This document shows, piece after piece, positions 16,748-25,862 of a DNA stretch of 64,000 bases. Within the stretch, counting starts at the first letter, position 1. Each line of letters opens with the position of its first letter. The notes below the pieces were generated by a model. The model searched no databases, was not told where the DNA came from, and saw nothing but the letters and a program-made list of their open reading frames with translations. Source of the stretch: Sphingomonas adhaesiva (lineage in GTDB: Bacteria > Pseudomonadota > Alphaproteobacteria > Sphingomonadales > Sphingomonadaceae); NCBI RefSeq assembly GCF_036946125.1, contig NZ_JAQIJT010000001.1:151284-215283 (forward strand). Direction: 5' to 3'. Position numbers and translations under genes: made by a program.

Positions 16748-17380
16748 ATGGTCGAGAAGATCCTTGCCGCACTGGCGCTGTTCGCCGTCTCCGTGATCCG
16801 CGCCGGTGGCTATTGGGGCGTCGCCCTTCTGATGGCGATCGAGAGCGCCTGCATCCCGCTGCCGTCGGAGATCATCATGCCCTTCGCGGGCTATCTGGTC
16901 TCGACCGGCGAGATGAACCTGTTGCTCGCCGCGACCGCGGGCGCGCTGGGGTGCAACCTGGGCTCGATCGTCGCCTATGAGATCGGGCGGCGCGGCGGGC
17001 GGCCGATGGCCGAGAAGTTCGGCCGCTACGTCCTGATCGGCCCGGGCGAGCTCGACCTCGCCGATCGATTCTTCAACCGCTGGGGGACGTGGGCGATCCT
17101 GATCGGGCGGATGCTGCCGGTGATCCGCACCTTCATCGCCTTCCCCGCAGGCGTCGCACGGATGAAGCTGATCCCGTTCCACGTCTACACCTTCGTCGGC
17201 AGCTGGCCGTTCTGCCTGCTGCTCGCCTGGATCGGCGCGACGCTGGGCGACAAGTGGAACAGCGACCCCCGGCTGAAGGCGTTCTTCCACCGCGCCGATG
17301 CAGTCATCGGCGTGGTGCTGGTGGCGGCGATCGCCTTCTACATCTGGCACCGCGTGAAGGGGCTGAAGAAGGCGGAATAA
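16748..17380 (+). CDS. DedA family membrane protein
   Basis: Start is MVEKILAALALFAV (ATG 16748). ...ESACIPLPSEIIMPFAGYL... and FIAFPAGVARM are typical of DedA/SNARE-associated proteins. Confidence 0.85.
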   Translation: MVEKILAALALFAVSVIRAGGYWGVALLMAIESACIPLPSEIIMPFAGYLVSTGEMNLLLAATAGALGCNLGSIVAYEIGRRGGRPMAEKFGRYVLIGPGELDLADRFFNRWGTWAILIGRMLPVIRTFIAFPAGVARMKLIPFHVYTFVGSWPFCLLLAWIGATLGDKWNSDPRLKAFFHRADAVIGVVLVAAIAFYIWHRVKGLKKAE

Positions 17381-17385
17381 CTGCC

Positions 17386-17445
17386 GCACCGTCGTCGCTG
17401 CGAGCGTAGCGAAGCAATGACGACGGTGCCCCCCCCCCCCCCCCC
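17386..17445. repeat. 11-bp-stem hairpin (gcaccgtcgtc...gacgacggtgc) abutting a C17 homopolymer
   Basis: The hairpin spans 17386-17429 and its loop carries the common cgagcgtagcgaagcaat REP-like core. An uninterrupted run of 17 C lies at 17429-17445, between the convergent dedA-like and DJ-1-like genes. Confidence 0.8.
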
Positions 17446-17448
17446 GCC

Positions 17449-18138
17449 TTAAAACCCCCGCCGCGCCGCCAGCGCCCGCAGCCGCTCGTCGCGCCCCGGC
17501 GCCAGCTGCGCGACGCGCTTCTCATAGGCCTCCACCGCCGCCACGCCCGCGCGCTCGGGCGAGCCTGCATCGAACGGCGGCGCGGGATCATATTCCAGCG
17601 ACAGCTGCACCGCGCGCGCATGCGCCTCGCCGCGGATCAGCGCCATCAGCGTCAGCGCGAAGTCGATCCCCGCGGTCACCCCGCCGCCCGTCACGCGGTT
17701 GCGGTCGACCACCACGCGCTCCGCCACCGGCTCCGCACCGAACAGCGGCAGCATATGTCGTTGCGCCCAATGGCACCCCGCCTCGTACCCGCGCAGCAAC
17801 CCCGCGGCGCCCAGCACCAGCGAGCCGGTGCACACGCTCGTCACCCAGGTCGCCCCCTCCCCGATGCGACGGACCCAGTCCATCGTCCGGTCGTCGGCGA
17901 TGACCTGCATCGTCCCGAACCCGCCGGGGATGCACAGAATGTCCGCCGCGGTCACCTCGTCGAAGGTGGCGGTGGGCAGGATCGAGAAGCCCGCGTCGGT
18001 CGGCACCGGCTCCAGCGTGGCGGCGACCAGGTCGAGCCGGGCATTGCCCAGCCGCGACAGCACCTGCGCCGGGCCGGTCAGGTCCAGCTGGGTCACGTCG
18101 GGGAACAGCAGGAAAGCGATTCGCAGCGTCTCGGTCAT
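17449..18138 (-). CDS. DJ-1/PfpI family protein (isocyanide-hydratase / ThiJ-like)
   Basis: Start is MTETLRIAFLLFPDVTQLDLTGP (ATG 18138, with GGAG upstream). Nucleophile elbow VTSVCTGSLVLGAAGLL. Confidence 0.8.
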   Translation of the reverse strand: MTETLRIAFLLFPDVTQLDLTGPAQVLSRLGNARLDLVAATLEPVPTDAGFSILPTATFDEVTAADILCIPGGFGTMQVIADDRTMDWVRRIGEGATWVTSVCTGSLVLGAAGLLRGYEAGCHWAQRHMLPLFGAEPVAERVVVDRNRVTGGGVTAGIDFALTLMALIRGEAHARAVQLSLEYDPAPPFDAGSPERAGVAAVEAYEKRVAQLAPGRDERLRALAARRGF

Positions 18139-18268
18139 GCCACAGGCTCCTTCGTCACGAGGGTGCCCAGGCGCGCGGCGGAAAAGTCGGGGTCGCGCTT
18201 CCCCGCGGTGCTCCGCGAATGCGCCAGTCACGCGACCGGGCGGATGCTATCAGCCCGCCCGCACCCTG

Positions 18269-18721
18269 TCACGGCACATCGTTGGCGCCCTTCGCCGCGG
18301 CGCGCTGTTCGCGCTTCCACCGCGTGGCGTTCTGCACGACGCAGCCCGTCGCGCTGTTCGCGCCGACCGTGGAACAGGTGCCGACCCCGACGTTGCCGAC
18401 CTCCTGGTTCGCCTGCACCTGCGTCGCCCAGGACTGGTTCTCGGGCGTCACCTCGAAATTGCGCAGCTCCTTGGGGATGCGGAACTGCTCTTCGGCGGGA
18501 CGGCGCGAGCACACCACGATTTCCTCGCCATTGGCGTTCGTCGGGCATCGCTCGTTGCCATAGAGCACCAGTACCCCGTTGACCGGCGCACTGCGCGAGG
18601 CGCCGCCCGCCAGACCCCCGGTCTTCGGCTTGCGCACCATATCGGGAGACGGCGGTCCGCTTTGCGCCAGCGCCGCTGCGGGCAGCAGGGCGAACGACAG
18701 CAGCAGGGCGACAGCACGCAT
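18269..18721 (-). CDS. small secreted 4-Cys protein, function unknown
   Basis: MRAVALLLSFALLPAAALAQ signal peptide. The start is 5 nt after the coq7 stop, with GAGGA inside the coq7 3' end. Cys pairs at ERCPTN...VVCS and GTCST...TGCVV. Confidence 0.55.
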   Translation of the reverse strand: MRAVALLLSFALLPAAALAQSGPPSPDMVRKPKTGGLAGGASRSAPVNGVLVLYGNERCPTNANGEEIVVCSRRPAEEQFRIPKELRNFEVTPENQSWATQVQANQEVGNVGVGTCSTVGANSATGCVVQNATRWKREQRAAAKGANDVP

Positions 18722-18726
18722 CGGGG

Positions 18727-19260
18727 TCAGATCCTCTTGGCGGTGGCGATGGCGATGCGGCATCCCAGCCGGATCGCGGCGGACATCAGCGGATAGGCGG
18801 GCGCATCCTCCGCGCCGCTCGCCAGCGCGGTATCGCGATGCTCCAGTTCCTCGGCCTGGAATTCGGCGATGGCGTGCGACAGCTCGGGGTCGCTGTCGCC
18901 CAGCTCGACCAGCTGGTCGGCATAATGCTTGTCGATCTCGGTCTCGACCGCGGCGGTGCAGGCCATCGCCGCCTCCGGCCCGATCGCGGCGGTGACCGCC
19001 CCCAGCGCGAAGCCGGCCACGTCCCAGAACGGTTGCAGGATCGTCGGGCGCACGCCGCGCTCCGCGATCATCCGGTCGAAGAAGGCGCGGTGCCGCTCCT
19101 CCTGCAACGCCATTGCGGAAATCTTGCGCGCCATCGGCGAGCGCTGGCCCATGATCGCCAGCTGCCCGGCATAGATGCGCGTCGCGCCATATTCGCCCGC
19201 CTGATCGACGCGGATCATCGAAGCGCTCGCCGCGGGACGATCGCCCGGCTTCCATCCCAT
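18727..19260 (-). CDS. coq7: demethoxyubiquinone hydroxylase (Coq7 family di-iron carboxylate)
   Basis: Start is MGWKPGDRP...IRVDQAGEYGATRIYAGQ (ATG 19260). EERH and EELEH di-iron motifs. The upstream part of the track ORF is a shadow. Confidence 0.85.
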   Translation of the reverse strand: MGWKPGDRPAASASMIRVDQAGEYGATRIYAGQLAIMGQRSPMARKISAMALQEERHRAFFDRMIAERGVRPTILQPFWDVAGFALGAVTAAIGPEAAMACTAAVETEIDKHYADQLVELGDSDPELSHAIAEFQAEELEHRDTALASGAEDAPAYPLMSAAIRLGCRIAIATAKRI

Positions 19261-19739
19261 CACCGCCTCCTCAGCTGCATCGCGATCAGCGCGGCGCCGA
19301 TGAGCGAGACGACCGCGTTCCACCCCGCCAGCGATATGCCCAGCAACGTCCACTGTGCCGCATCGCATCGAACGATCGGCGCGGCGAGCAGGTCCTTGAG
19401 CGCCTCCTCGGTCGAGCGCCCGGCGGTGGAGACGGTCTGGGTGCAGGCCGTGATCCCCTGCCACCAATGATATTCCACCCCGGCGTGGAAGACGCCGATC
19501 AGCCCGGAGATCGCGATCAGCGCCGCCGCGCCGGCGACCAGCGTCGCCTTGCCGCGCGGCCCGCCGGTCACGAACGCGAGCGCGGCAAAGACCAATGCGC
19601 CGTAATGCGGCCAGCGCTGCCAATGGCACATCTCGCACGGATACAGACCGCCGATCAGCTGGAACGCCCAGGCCCCGCCGAGCAGCGCGGCGGGGATGAG
19701 CAGCGCGAGCAGCCGCGCGTTGCGCAAGGCAAGCGTCAT
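19260..19739 (-). CDS. dsbB: disulfide bond formation protein B
   Basis: 159 aa with 4 TM segments and the CEMCHWQRWPHY first periplasmic loop. The stop overlaps the coq7 start by 1 nt (TGATG). Confidence 0.85.
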   Translation of the reverse strand: MTLALRNARLLALLIPAALLGGAWAFQLIGGLYPCEMCHWQRWPHYGALVFAALAFVTGGPRGKATLVAGAAALIAISGLIGVFHAGVEYHWWQGITACTQTVSTAGRSTEEALKDLLAAPIVRCDAAQWTLLGISLAGWNAVVSLIGAALIAMQLRRR

Positions 19740-19755
19740 GCCGCCCGCCCTCCCC

Positions 19756-19904
19756 CGTCATGCCGGGCTCGTCCCGGCCTCCAGGGCGCCGCGCGCCTCA
19801 CGATCGTTGATCGCGCGGAACCCTGGACCCCGGAACAAGTCCGGGGTGACGAGGTGGTGGAGGCTACCGCTAGAGCCCCGTCACCCCGGGCTTGACCCGG
19901 GGTC
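19756..19904. repeat. REP-like elements, family E (cgtcatgccgggctcgtcccggc...ccctggaccccggaac..gtccggggtgacg, plus cgtcaccccgggcttgacccggggtc)
   Basis: Palindromic units seen directly. Related to 35768-35848, 45688-45770, 49689-49736 and 1546-1574. Confidence 0.75.
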
Positions 19905-19929
19905 CCGTTCGCTTTCGCCTGCGCGTCCC

Positions 19930-21282
19930 TCACTTCTTCGCGTCCGGCTTCGCCATCGCCGCCGTCACCGCGGCGACCTGCTGCGCCCCGCCCAGCCGCG
20001 CGATCGTCTTCAGCGCGTACCACAGCTGGAAATCATCGACCCCCTGCTTCTTCAGCGCCTCGGGCGTGGCGGAGAAGCGCGGATCGTCCTTCACATCCTC
20101 CTCCAGCACCGCATTGTCGGGCGCCTTGATCTCGTTGATGAGGTGGCGGCGCAGGTCGCTCTCGCGGAACACCGGGCGGTTCTTGTAATCCGGGTCGGAC
20201 AGCTGGGGCACGCGGATGTCGGGTTCGATCCCGCCTTCCTGCACGCTGCGGCCCGACGGGGTGAAGTAGCGCGCCGTCGTCAGCCGCAGCGCGGTGCGCG
20301 GCCCCAGCGGCAACAGCGTCTGCACCGATCCCTTGCCGAACGTCCGCTCGCCCATCACCAGCGCGCGGTGGTGGTCCTGAAGCGCACCCGCGACGATCTC
20401 GCTGGCGGACGCGGTGCCCGCATCGGTCAGCACGATCACCGGCAGCCCGTGCGCGTCGTCGCCCGGCTTCGCATAGTAACGCTGCGTATTGGCCGCCTCG
20501 CGCTCACGCTGCGACACGATCTCGCCGCGCTCCAGGAACGAGTCCGCGACCGCGATCGCCTGGTCCAGCAGCCCGCCGCCATTCTCGCGCAGGTCGACGA
20601 CATAGCCGAGCGGGCGATGCCCCAGCGCCTTGTCGATCGCCATGATCGCGGCGCGCGTGTCGGCGCCGGTCTGCTCGGAGAAGGTGTTGATGTTGATATA
20701 GCCGACGTCGCCCTTCACCTCCCATTTCACCGGGCGCTGGACGATGACCTCGCGCACCAGCGTGACGACGATCGGCTTGTCGCGGCCGGGGCGGACCAGC
20801 GTCAGCGTCACCTTGCTGCCCGGACGCCCGCGCATCTGCGCCGTCGCCTCGTCCAGCGTGCCGCCGTAGATCAGCTTGCCGTCGATATGCGTGATATAGT
20901 CGCCCGACTTGATCCCGGCGCGCCCAGCGGGCGTATCCTCCTGCGGCGCGACGACCTTCACCGCGCCGTCCTCCATCGACACGGTCAGGCCCAGCCCGCC
21001 GTAGCTCCCCTGCGTCTGGATGCGCAGATTGTCGAAATCGGACCCGTCGACATAGCTGGAATGCGGATCGAGCGCGGCGAGCATGCCGTCGATCGCGCCC
21101 TTCATCAGCTGTTCGTCGGTGACCTTGTCGACATAATCCGCCTTCACGCGGTTGTAGACGTCGAGGAACTTGTCGAGCTCGCGGTAACTGACGGTGTCGG
21201 CCGCGGCCATCGCCCCGGTGGCGACGGGGACCATCGCGATTCCGGTGACCAGCGCGGCGGCCTGAAGCAGTCTGGACTTCAT
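19930..21282 (-). CDS. ctpA: carboxy-terminal processing protease (S41 family)
   Basis: Start is MKSRLLQAAALVTGIAMV (ATG 21282). PDZ region, then GTASASEIVAGALQD and ERTFGKGSVQ catalytic motifs. Confidence 0.9.
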   Translation of the reverse strand: MKSRLLQAAALVTGIAMVPVATGAMAAADTVSYRELDKFLDVYNRVKADYVDKVTDEQLMKGAIDGMLAALDPHSSYVDGSDFDNLRIQTQGSYGGLGLTVSMEDGAVKVVAPQEDTPAGRAGIKSGDYITHIDGKLIYGGTLDEATAQMRGRPGSKVTLTLVRPGRDKPIVVTLVREVIVQRPVKWEVKGDVGYININTFSEQTGADTRAAIMAIDKALGHRPLGYVVDLRENGGGLLDQAIAVADSFLERGEIVSQREREAANTQRYYAKPGDDAHGLPVIVLTDAGTASASEIVAGALQDHHRALVMGERTFGKGSVQTLLPLGPRTALRLTTARYFTPSGRSVQEGGIEPDIRVPQLSDPDYKNRPVFRESDLRRHLINEIKAPDNAVLEEDVKDDPRFSATPEALKKQGVDDFQLWYALKTIARLGGAQQVAAVTAAMAKPDAKK

Positions 21283-21421
21283 ACGATCGGATCGATCCTG
21301 CGACGAAAGAAGGCGAAAAGCCGGTGTAGCGGAAAGGCGGGCGCGATCAAAGCGGGTCCGTCCGCACCGGCATCCGCCGCCCACCATGGGCATCGCCGCC
21401 TGAACCCCCGCTGAGCGTGCG

Positions 21422-22540
21422 TCACCCCACCAGCCGCGCGATGTCCATCGGCCGCCCCAGCCGCCGCAATTCCACCGTCACCTGCGCCCCGTCGTTGACC
21501 GCCGCCCGCCCGATCGGAGCACCCGCCGCCACCGTCTGCCCGGGCCGTACCGACAGCGTCCCCAGCCCGGTCAGCAGCGTCGTCCACCCCGCGCCGTGAT
21601 CGACGATGACGACGCCGCCATAGCTGCGGAACGGACGCGCATAGGCGATCCGCCCAGCGGCGGGCGCGACCATCGCCGCGCCGGGCGCGACGGCGAAGGT
21701 CAGCCCCCGCGCGCGCACCCCGTCGCCCGACACCTCGCCCAGCCCGGTGACCAGCCGCCCGCGCACCGGCAGGCGATAGGCGGGCGCGTCCGCCACCGCG
21801 GCCGGGGGGGCCGCCGCGGGTGGCCCCGGCAGCGCGATGACGTCGCCCAGCACCGCCTGTTCCCCGCCGATCCGCGCCAGCCGTTCGCCGGTGTCGCGCG
21901 CGACCTCGCCCAGCGCCAGCGCGCGCTCGTCGCCGTCCCCCACCGCGCCGCGCAGCGCCGCGAGTTGTTCGCGCGCCTCGACCAGCCGGCCGCGACCGTC
22001 CTCCAGCGCACGCGCCGCCGTCTCGGCATTGTCCTGCAGGGTACGGGTCCGCGCCACCTGCGCGCGCAGCGTCGCGGTCCGCTCGCGCAGGGCGGGCAGC
22101 GTCGTCGCCAGCACCGCCTGCACATGCACCAGGTCGCTCACGCTACCGGGCCGCACCAGCGTCACCAGCGCCGGGCGCCGGGCGAGCGTGACGAGCGATT
22201 CCAGCGCCGCCGCGATCGGGGCCTGCTGCGCGGCCAGCGCGCGGCGCTGCTCGCTGAGCAACGCGCCGATCAGCGCCGCGCGCGTGCGCCCGGCGGCGAT
22301 CTCCGCCTCCGCCGCGGCCACGCGCGCGGCGACCGCCTGCTCCTGCCACCGTGCGCGTTCCGCCGGATCGGTCGCGGCATCGGCCCGCGCGTCAAACGCG
22401 CGCGCCTGCCGCTGTGCGATCAGCACCGCCGCCTTGGCACCGCGCAGGTCGTCCCCCGTCGCCGCCGTCGCCGCCGCCCAGGCCGCGGCGCTCGCGACCG
22501 ACGCGACCGCCGCCGCCAGCAGGAGACGTCCGCGTGTCAT
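21422..22540 (-). CDS. murein hydrolase activator EnvC-like / M23 (LytM) peptidase domain protein
   Basis: Start is MTRGRLLLAAAVASVASAAA (ATG 22540), an ATGA overlap with the rlmH stop. Coiled-coil N-terminus and a C-terminal LytM domain (YGGVVIVDHGAGWTTLL...GQTVAAGAPIG). Confidence 0.8.
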   Translation of the reverse strand: MTRGRLLLAAAVASVASAAAWAAATAATGDDLRGAKAAVLIAQRQARAFDARADAATDPAERARWQEQAVAARVAAAEAEIAAGRTRAALIGALLSEQRRALAAQQAPIAAALESLVTLARRPALVTLVRPGSVSDLVHVQAVLATTLPALRERTATLRAQVARTRTLQDNAETAARALEDGRGRLVEAREQLAALRGAVGDGDERALALGEVARDTGERLARIGGEQAVLGDVIALPGPPAAAPPAAVADAPAYRLPVRGRLVTGLGEVSGDGVRARGLTFAVAPGAAMVAPAAGRIAYARPFRSYGGVVIVDHGAGWTTLLTGLGTLSVRPGQTVAAGAPIGRAAVNDGAQVTVELRRLGRPMDIARLVG

Positions 22541-22962
22541 CCCTCGCGGTGATAGGGATGGTTGGCCAGGATGCTGGTGGCGCGGAACAATTGCTCCGCC
22601 AGCATCGCGCGCGCCAGCAGGTGGGGCCAGGTCGCGCGTCCGAACGACAGCAGCAGGTCCGCCTCGCCGCGCTCGGCGTCGGAAAAGCCGTCCGCCGCGC
22701 CGATCAGGAAGCGCGCCTCGCGCACGCCATCGTCGCGCCACCGCCCCAGCCGCTCCGCCAGCGCCATCGACGCCAGCACCTCGCCCTTTTCGTCGAGCAG
22801 GATGCGGCGCGCCTGCGCCACCGGGCGATCGGGCTCGCGCCCGCCGCGATCGGGCAGCTCGCTGACGCGCGTCGGCCAGGCGATCCGCTTCATGTAGCGA
22901 TCGACCAGCTCGGCCTCGGGCGAGCGCGCGATCCGCCCGCGCGCGACGATGTGGAGCAGCAT
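22537..22962 (-). CDS. rlmH: 23S rRNA (pseudouridine1915-N3)-methyltransferase
   Basis: 141 aa, MLLHIVARGRI...YMKRI...FLIGAADGFS...LSFGRATWPHLLARAMLAEQLFRA. Confidence 0.9.
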   Translation of the reverse strand: MLLHIVARGRIARSPEAELVDRYMKRIAWPTRVSELPDRGGREPDRPVAQARRILLDEKGEVLASMALAERLGRWRDDGVREARFLIGAADGFSDAERGEADLLLSFGRATWPHLLARAMLAEQLFRATSILANHPYHREG

Positions 22963-22980
22963 GTCAGCCGCGCTGGCGCG

Positions 22981-23406
22981 TCAGGCGGTCCCCGTGGCGG
23001 GGGCGGTCGCTGGTCCTGTCGCCGGGGCTGCGGGCGCGTCGCCGAACGACCACATCCGCTCCAGATTGTAGAAGCTGCGCACCTCGGGGCGGAACAGGTG
23101 GACGATCACGTCGCCCGCATCGATCAGCACCCAATCCGCATTGGGCAGCCCCTCGATCCGCGCCGATCGCCCGGTCTCGACCTTGATCCGCTGCGCCAGC
23201 TTCGACGCCATCGACGCCACCTGCCGGGTGGAGCGGCCGCTGGCGATCACCATATGGTCCGCGATCGACGACTTCCCCGCGAGCGGGATCGAGATCGTGT
23301 CCACCGCCTGATCGTCGTCCAGCGACTCCAGGACGAGCTTGTGCAGCGCCTCGATCACCTCGTCGGACGGGCGTTCGGGGGCGGAAGACGGGTCGGTAGC
23401 GGGCAA
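22981..23406 (-). CDS. rsfS: ribosome silencing factor
   Basis: TTG start at 23406, 5 nt after AGGAG (which overlaps the nadD stop). DHMVIASGRSTRQVASMA...DWVLIDAGDVIVHLFRPEVRSFYNLERMW is canonical RsfS. The longer 188-aa track ORF is an N-terminal over-extension. Confidence 0.85.
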   Translation of the reverse strand: MPATDPSSAPERPSDEVIEALHKLVLESLDDDQAVDTISIPLAGKSSIADHMVIASGRSTRQVASMASKLAQRIKVETGRSARIEGLPNADWVLIDAGDVIVHLFRPEVRSFYNLERMWSFGDAPAAPATGPATAPATGTA

Positions 23407-23414
23407 GATGGCTC

Positions 23415-24035
23415 CTAGGATTGCCGGTTCGGTGAGGATATGGGATCGTCGACGTGCCGGTGCCAGTCGGGATCCTGCGCGCGCAGCTGCGTCGCGGATG
23501 TCGTGTCGGGGCGGAACCGCAGCAGCACCAGCGCCGGAACGCTCCATTCGGCCCAGTCACCTGACTGGCATGCGGGCCGCCGAAAGCGCCGCAGCCACGC
23601 CATCGCGGGCGCCGCGAGGGCACGCGCATCATAGCCGGGGCGCGCCACGACCGCAATCGGCATCGTGCGCGCGATCGTTCGCCACTGCCGCCAGCGGTCG
23701 AACTGCGCCAGATTGTCCGCCCCCATGATCCAGACGAAGCGGATGCGCGGATAGCGCCGCACCAGCGCGCGCAGCGTATCGACGGTGTAGCGGGTGCGCA
23801 GCCGCGCCTCGATATCGGTCGCGCGGATCGGCGCCCGCCGCGCCATCCGGCGTGCCGAGGCGAGCCGCGCGGGCAGCGGCGCCATGCCGGCGACGGGCTT
23901 CAGCGGGTTGCCCGGCGACACCAGCCACCACGCCTCGTCCAGCTCCAGCGCGCGGATCGCCGCCAGCGTGACGTGCCGATGCCCGCGATGCGCCGGGTTG
24001 AAGGAGCCGCCGAGCAGCCCGACGCGGCGCGTCAT
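23415..24035 (-). CDS. nadD: nicotinate-nucleotide adenylyltransferase
   Basis: VGLLGGSFNPAHRGH motif; 206 aa. Confidence 0.9.
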   Translation of the reverse strand: MTRRVGLLGGSFNPAHRGHRHVTLAAIRALELDEAWWLVSPGNPLKPVAGMAPLPARLASARRMARRAPIRATDIEARLRTRYTVDTLRALVRRYPRIRFVWIMGADNLAQFDRWRQWRTIARTMPIAVVARPGYDARALAAPAMAWLRRFRRPACQSGDWAEWSVPALVLLRFRPDTTSATQLRAQDPDWHRHVDDPISSPNRQS

Positions 24036-24322
24036 GGCGCGATCTGCCAGTCTTCGCGCTCATGATAGACGCGTAGAACGTCGACCTGCCGACCGGGCCC
24101 GAGCTGATAATGAATAAGATACGGAGTACCAAGCACCCGCAGGATACGGGTGCCGTCGGCATGGGGGCGCCCGCCCCGAGGAAACCTGGCCAGGAAGCTC
24201 GCCCGCTCGCGGATGCTGGCGAGCGTGACGATCGCGAATTGGGGGCTCGCCTCTCGTTCAAGCCACGCGTCGATGTCACGCAGGTCGTCCCGCGCCGCGA
24301 TCGACCATCGCACCGCCGTCAT
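24032..24322 (-). CDS. parE: type II toxin, RelE/ParE family (ParE-like)
   Basis: 96 aa. The pattern W...A..DL..I..W... / ..YLIHYQL....VDVLRVYHERED is typical of ParE. ATGA overlaps at both ends. Confidence 0.8.
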   Translation of the reverse strand: MTAVRWSIAARDDLRDIDAWLEREASPQFAIVTLASIRERASFLARFPRGGRPHADGTRILRVLGTPYLIHYQLGPGRQVDVLRVYHEREDWQIAP

Positions 24323-24570
24323 CGACGGCGCCGCTCAATCATCTCCGACAGTTCCTGCATCATCTCTTCATGCGTGACGTACTCGCCCCGCGCGATCTGG
24401 TCTGCACCGACCCGGACGAACGCGGCAAAGTCGGCCTCGCTCTCAGCTACCCGTCGGATCGCCTCGGCCGCGAAGTCGTCGCGTGACATGCCGCGGGCGG
24501 CTGCCAGCTGTTCGACCAGGGCCAGCGTATCATCGCCGAGCTCCGGGCGAAGCGGGCGATGCGCGTTCAC
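24319..24570 (-). CDS. putative cognate antitoxin (83 aa; ribbon-helix-helix / ParD-like?)
   Basis: GTG 24570 overlaps the proA stop (GTGA), and its stop overlaps the toxin ATG (ATGA). The sequence [41 protein letters not shown]... looks like an RHH-type antitoxin. The 362-aa track ORF is a shadow extension. Confidence 0.6.
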   Translation of the reverse strand: MNAHRPLRPELGDDTLALVEQLAAARGMSRDDFAAEAIRRVAESEADFAAFVRVGADQIARGEYVTHEEMMQELSEMIERRRR

Positions 24571-25838
24571 GGCCGCACCTGCCCGGTGCCGCGCCCGACC
24601 CATTTGTACGTCGTCAGCCCCTCCAGCGCGACCGGCCCGCGCGCGTGGAGGCGCCCCGTGGCGATGCCGATCTCCGCGCCCAGCCCGAATTCGCCGCCAT
24701 CGGCGAACTGCGTGGAGGCGTTCCACAGCACGATCGCCGAATCGACCTGCGCCAGGAAGCGTTCCGCCACCGCCGCGTCGCCCGCCACGATCGCATCGGT
24801 ATGCCCGGAGGCGTGCCGCGCGATATGCGCCAGCGCGCCGGCCAGCCCGTCGACCAGCGCGACGGAGCAGATCGCGTCGAGATATTCCGTATCCCAATCC
24901 GCCGCATCCGCCGGCTCGACGATCTCCCCGATCGATGCCTCCCGCGGGTCGCCGCGCACCTCGCATCCCGCGGCCTGCAACGCCTCGACCAGCTCGACCG
25001 GCCGCGCATAGGCGCGGTCGATCAGCAGCGTCTCCATCGCGCCGCACACCCCGGTGCGCCGCATCTTGGCATTGAGCGCCACCGCGCGCGCCATCGCCGG
25101 ATCGGCCGACGCATCGACATAGAGGTGGTTGACGCCGTCGAGGTGCGCCAGCACCGGCACCCTCGCCTCCGCCTGCACCCGCGCGACCAGGCTCTTGCCC
25201 CCGCGCGGGATGATGAGGTCGATCGCGCCCTCCGCCGCCAGCATCGCCCCCACCGCCGCCCGGTCGGTCGTCGGCACCAGCTGGACCGCATCCGCGGGAA
25301 GCCCCGCCGTCACGATCCCCTCCACCATCGCGGCGTGGATCGCGCGGTTGCTCTCCACCGCCTCCGACCCGCCGCGCAGGATCACCGCATTGCCCGAGCG
25401 CAGACACAGCGCCGCGGCGTCCGCGGTCACGTTCGGCCGGCTTTCGTAGATGATGCCGATCACCCCGATCGGCACGCGCACGCGCGACAGCCGCAGCCCG
25501 TTGGGCCGCTCGCTGCGGTCGATCACCTGCCCCACCGGATCGGGGAGCGCCGCGACCGCCGCGACGCCGTCCGCGGTCGCCGCCAGCCGCCTTTCATCCA
25601 GCCGCAGCCGGTCGAGCATCGCCGCGCTCAGCCCCGCCGCCCCGCCGCGCGCGACGTCGGCCGCATTCGCCGCCAGGATCGCCGGCGCCGCCGCGCGGAT
25701 CGCCTCGGCCGCCAGCGTGAGCGCCCGCGCCTTTGCGGCATCGCCGGCGCGCGCCATCGACGCAGCGGCGGTACGCGCGCGCGTGCCCATGGCAGACATC
25801 AGCGCGACAGGGGATTGGGGGTCCAGCATGACGGCCAC
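24567..25838 (-). CDS. proA: glutamate-5-semialdehyde dehydrogenase
   Basis: 423 aa. ...[31 protein letters not shown]... and the [10 protein letters not shown] catalytic Cys region. Confidence 0.9.
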   Translation of the reverse strand: MAVMLDPQSPVALMSAMGTRARTAAASMARAGDAAKARALTLAAEAIRAAAPAILAANAADVARGGAAGLSAAMLDRLRLDERRLAATADGVAAVAALPDPVGQVIDRSERPNGLRLSRVRVPIGVIGIIYESRPNVTADAAALCLRSGNAVILRGGSEAVESNRAIHAAMVEGIVTAGLPADAVQLVPTTDRAAVGAMLAAEGAIDLIIPRGGKSLVARVQAEARVPVLAHLDGVNHLYVDASADPAMARAVALNAKMRRTGVCGAMETLLIDRAYARPVELVEALQAAGCEVRGDPREASIGEIVEPADAADWDTEYLDAICSVALVDGLAGALAHIARHASGHTDAIVAGDAAVAERFLAQVDSAIVLWNASTQFADGGEFGLGAEIGIATGRLHARGPVALEGLTTYKWVGRGTGQVRP

Positions 25839-25862
25839 CCTATCACGCCGCGATGCCTCACC

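Noticed and set aside
22981-23547. 188-aa version of the rsfS ORF with an ATG start inside nadD.
   Set aside because: The conserved RsfS core begins about 45 codons downstream. A TTG with a well-spaced AGGAG sits right after the nadD stop, and the N-terminal extension overlaps nadD by about 130 nt.
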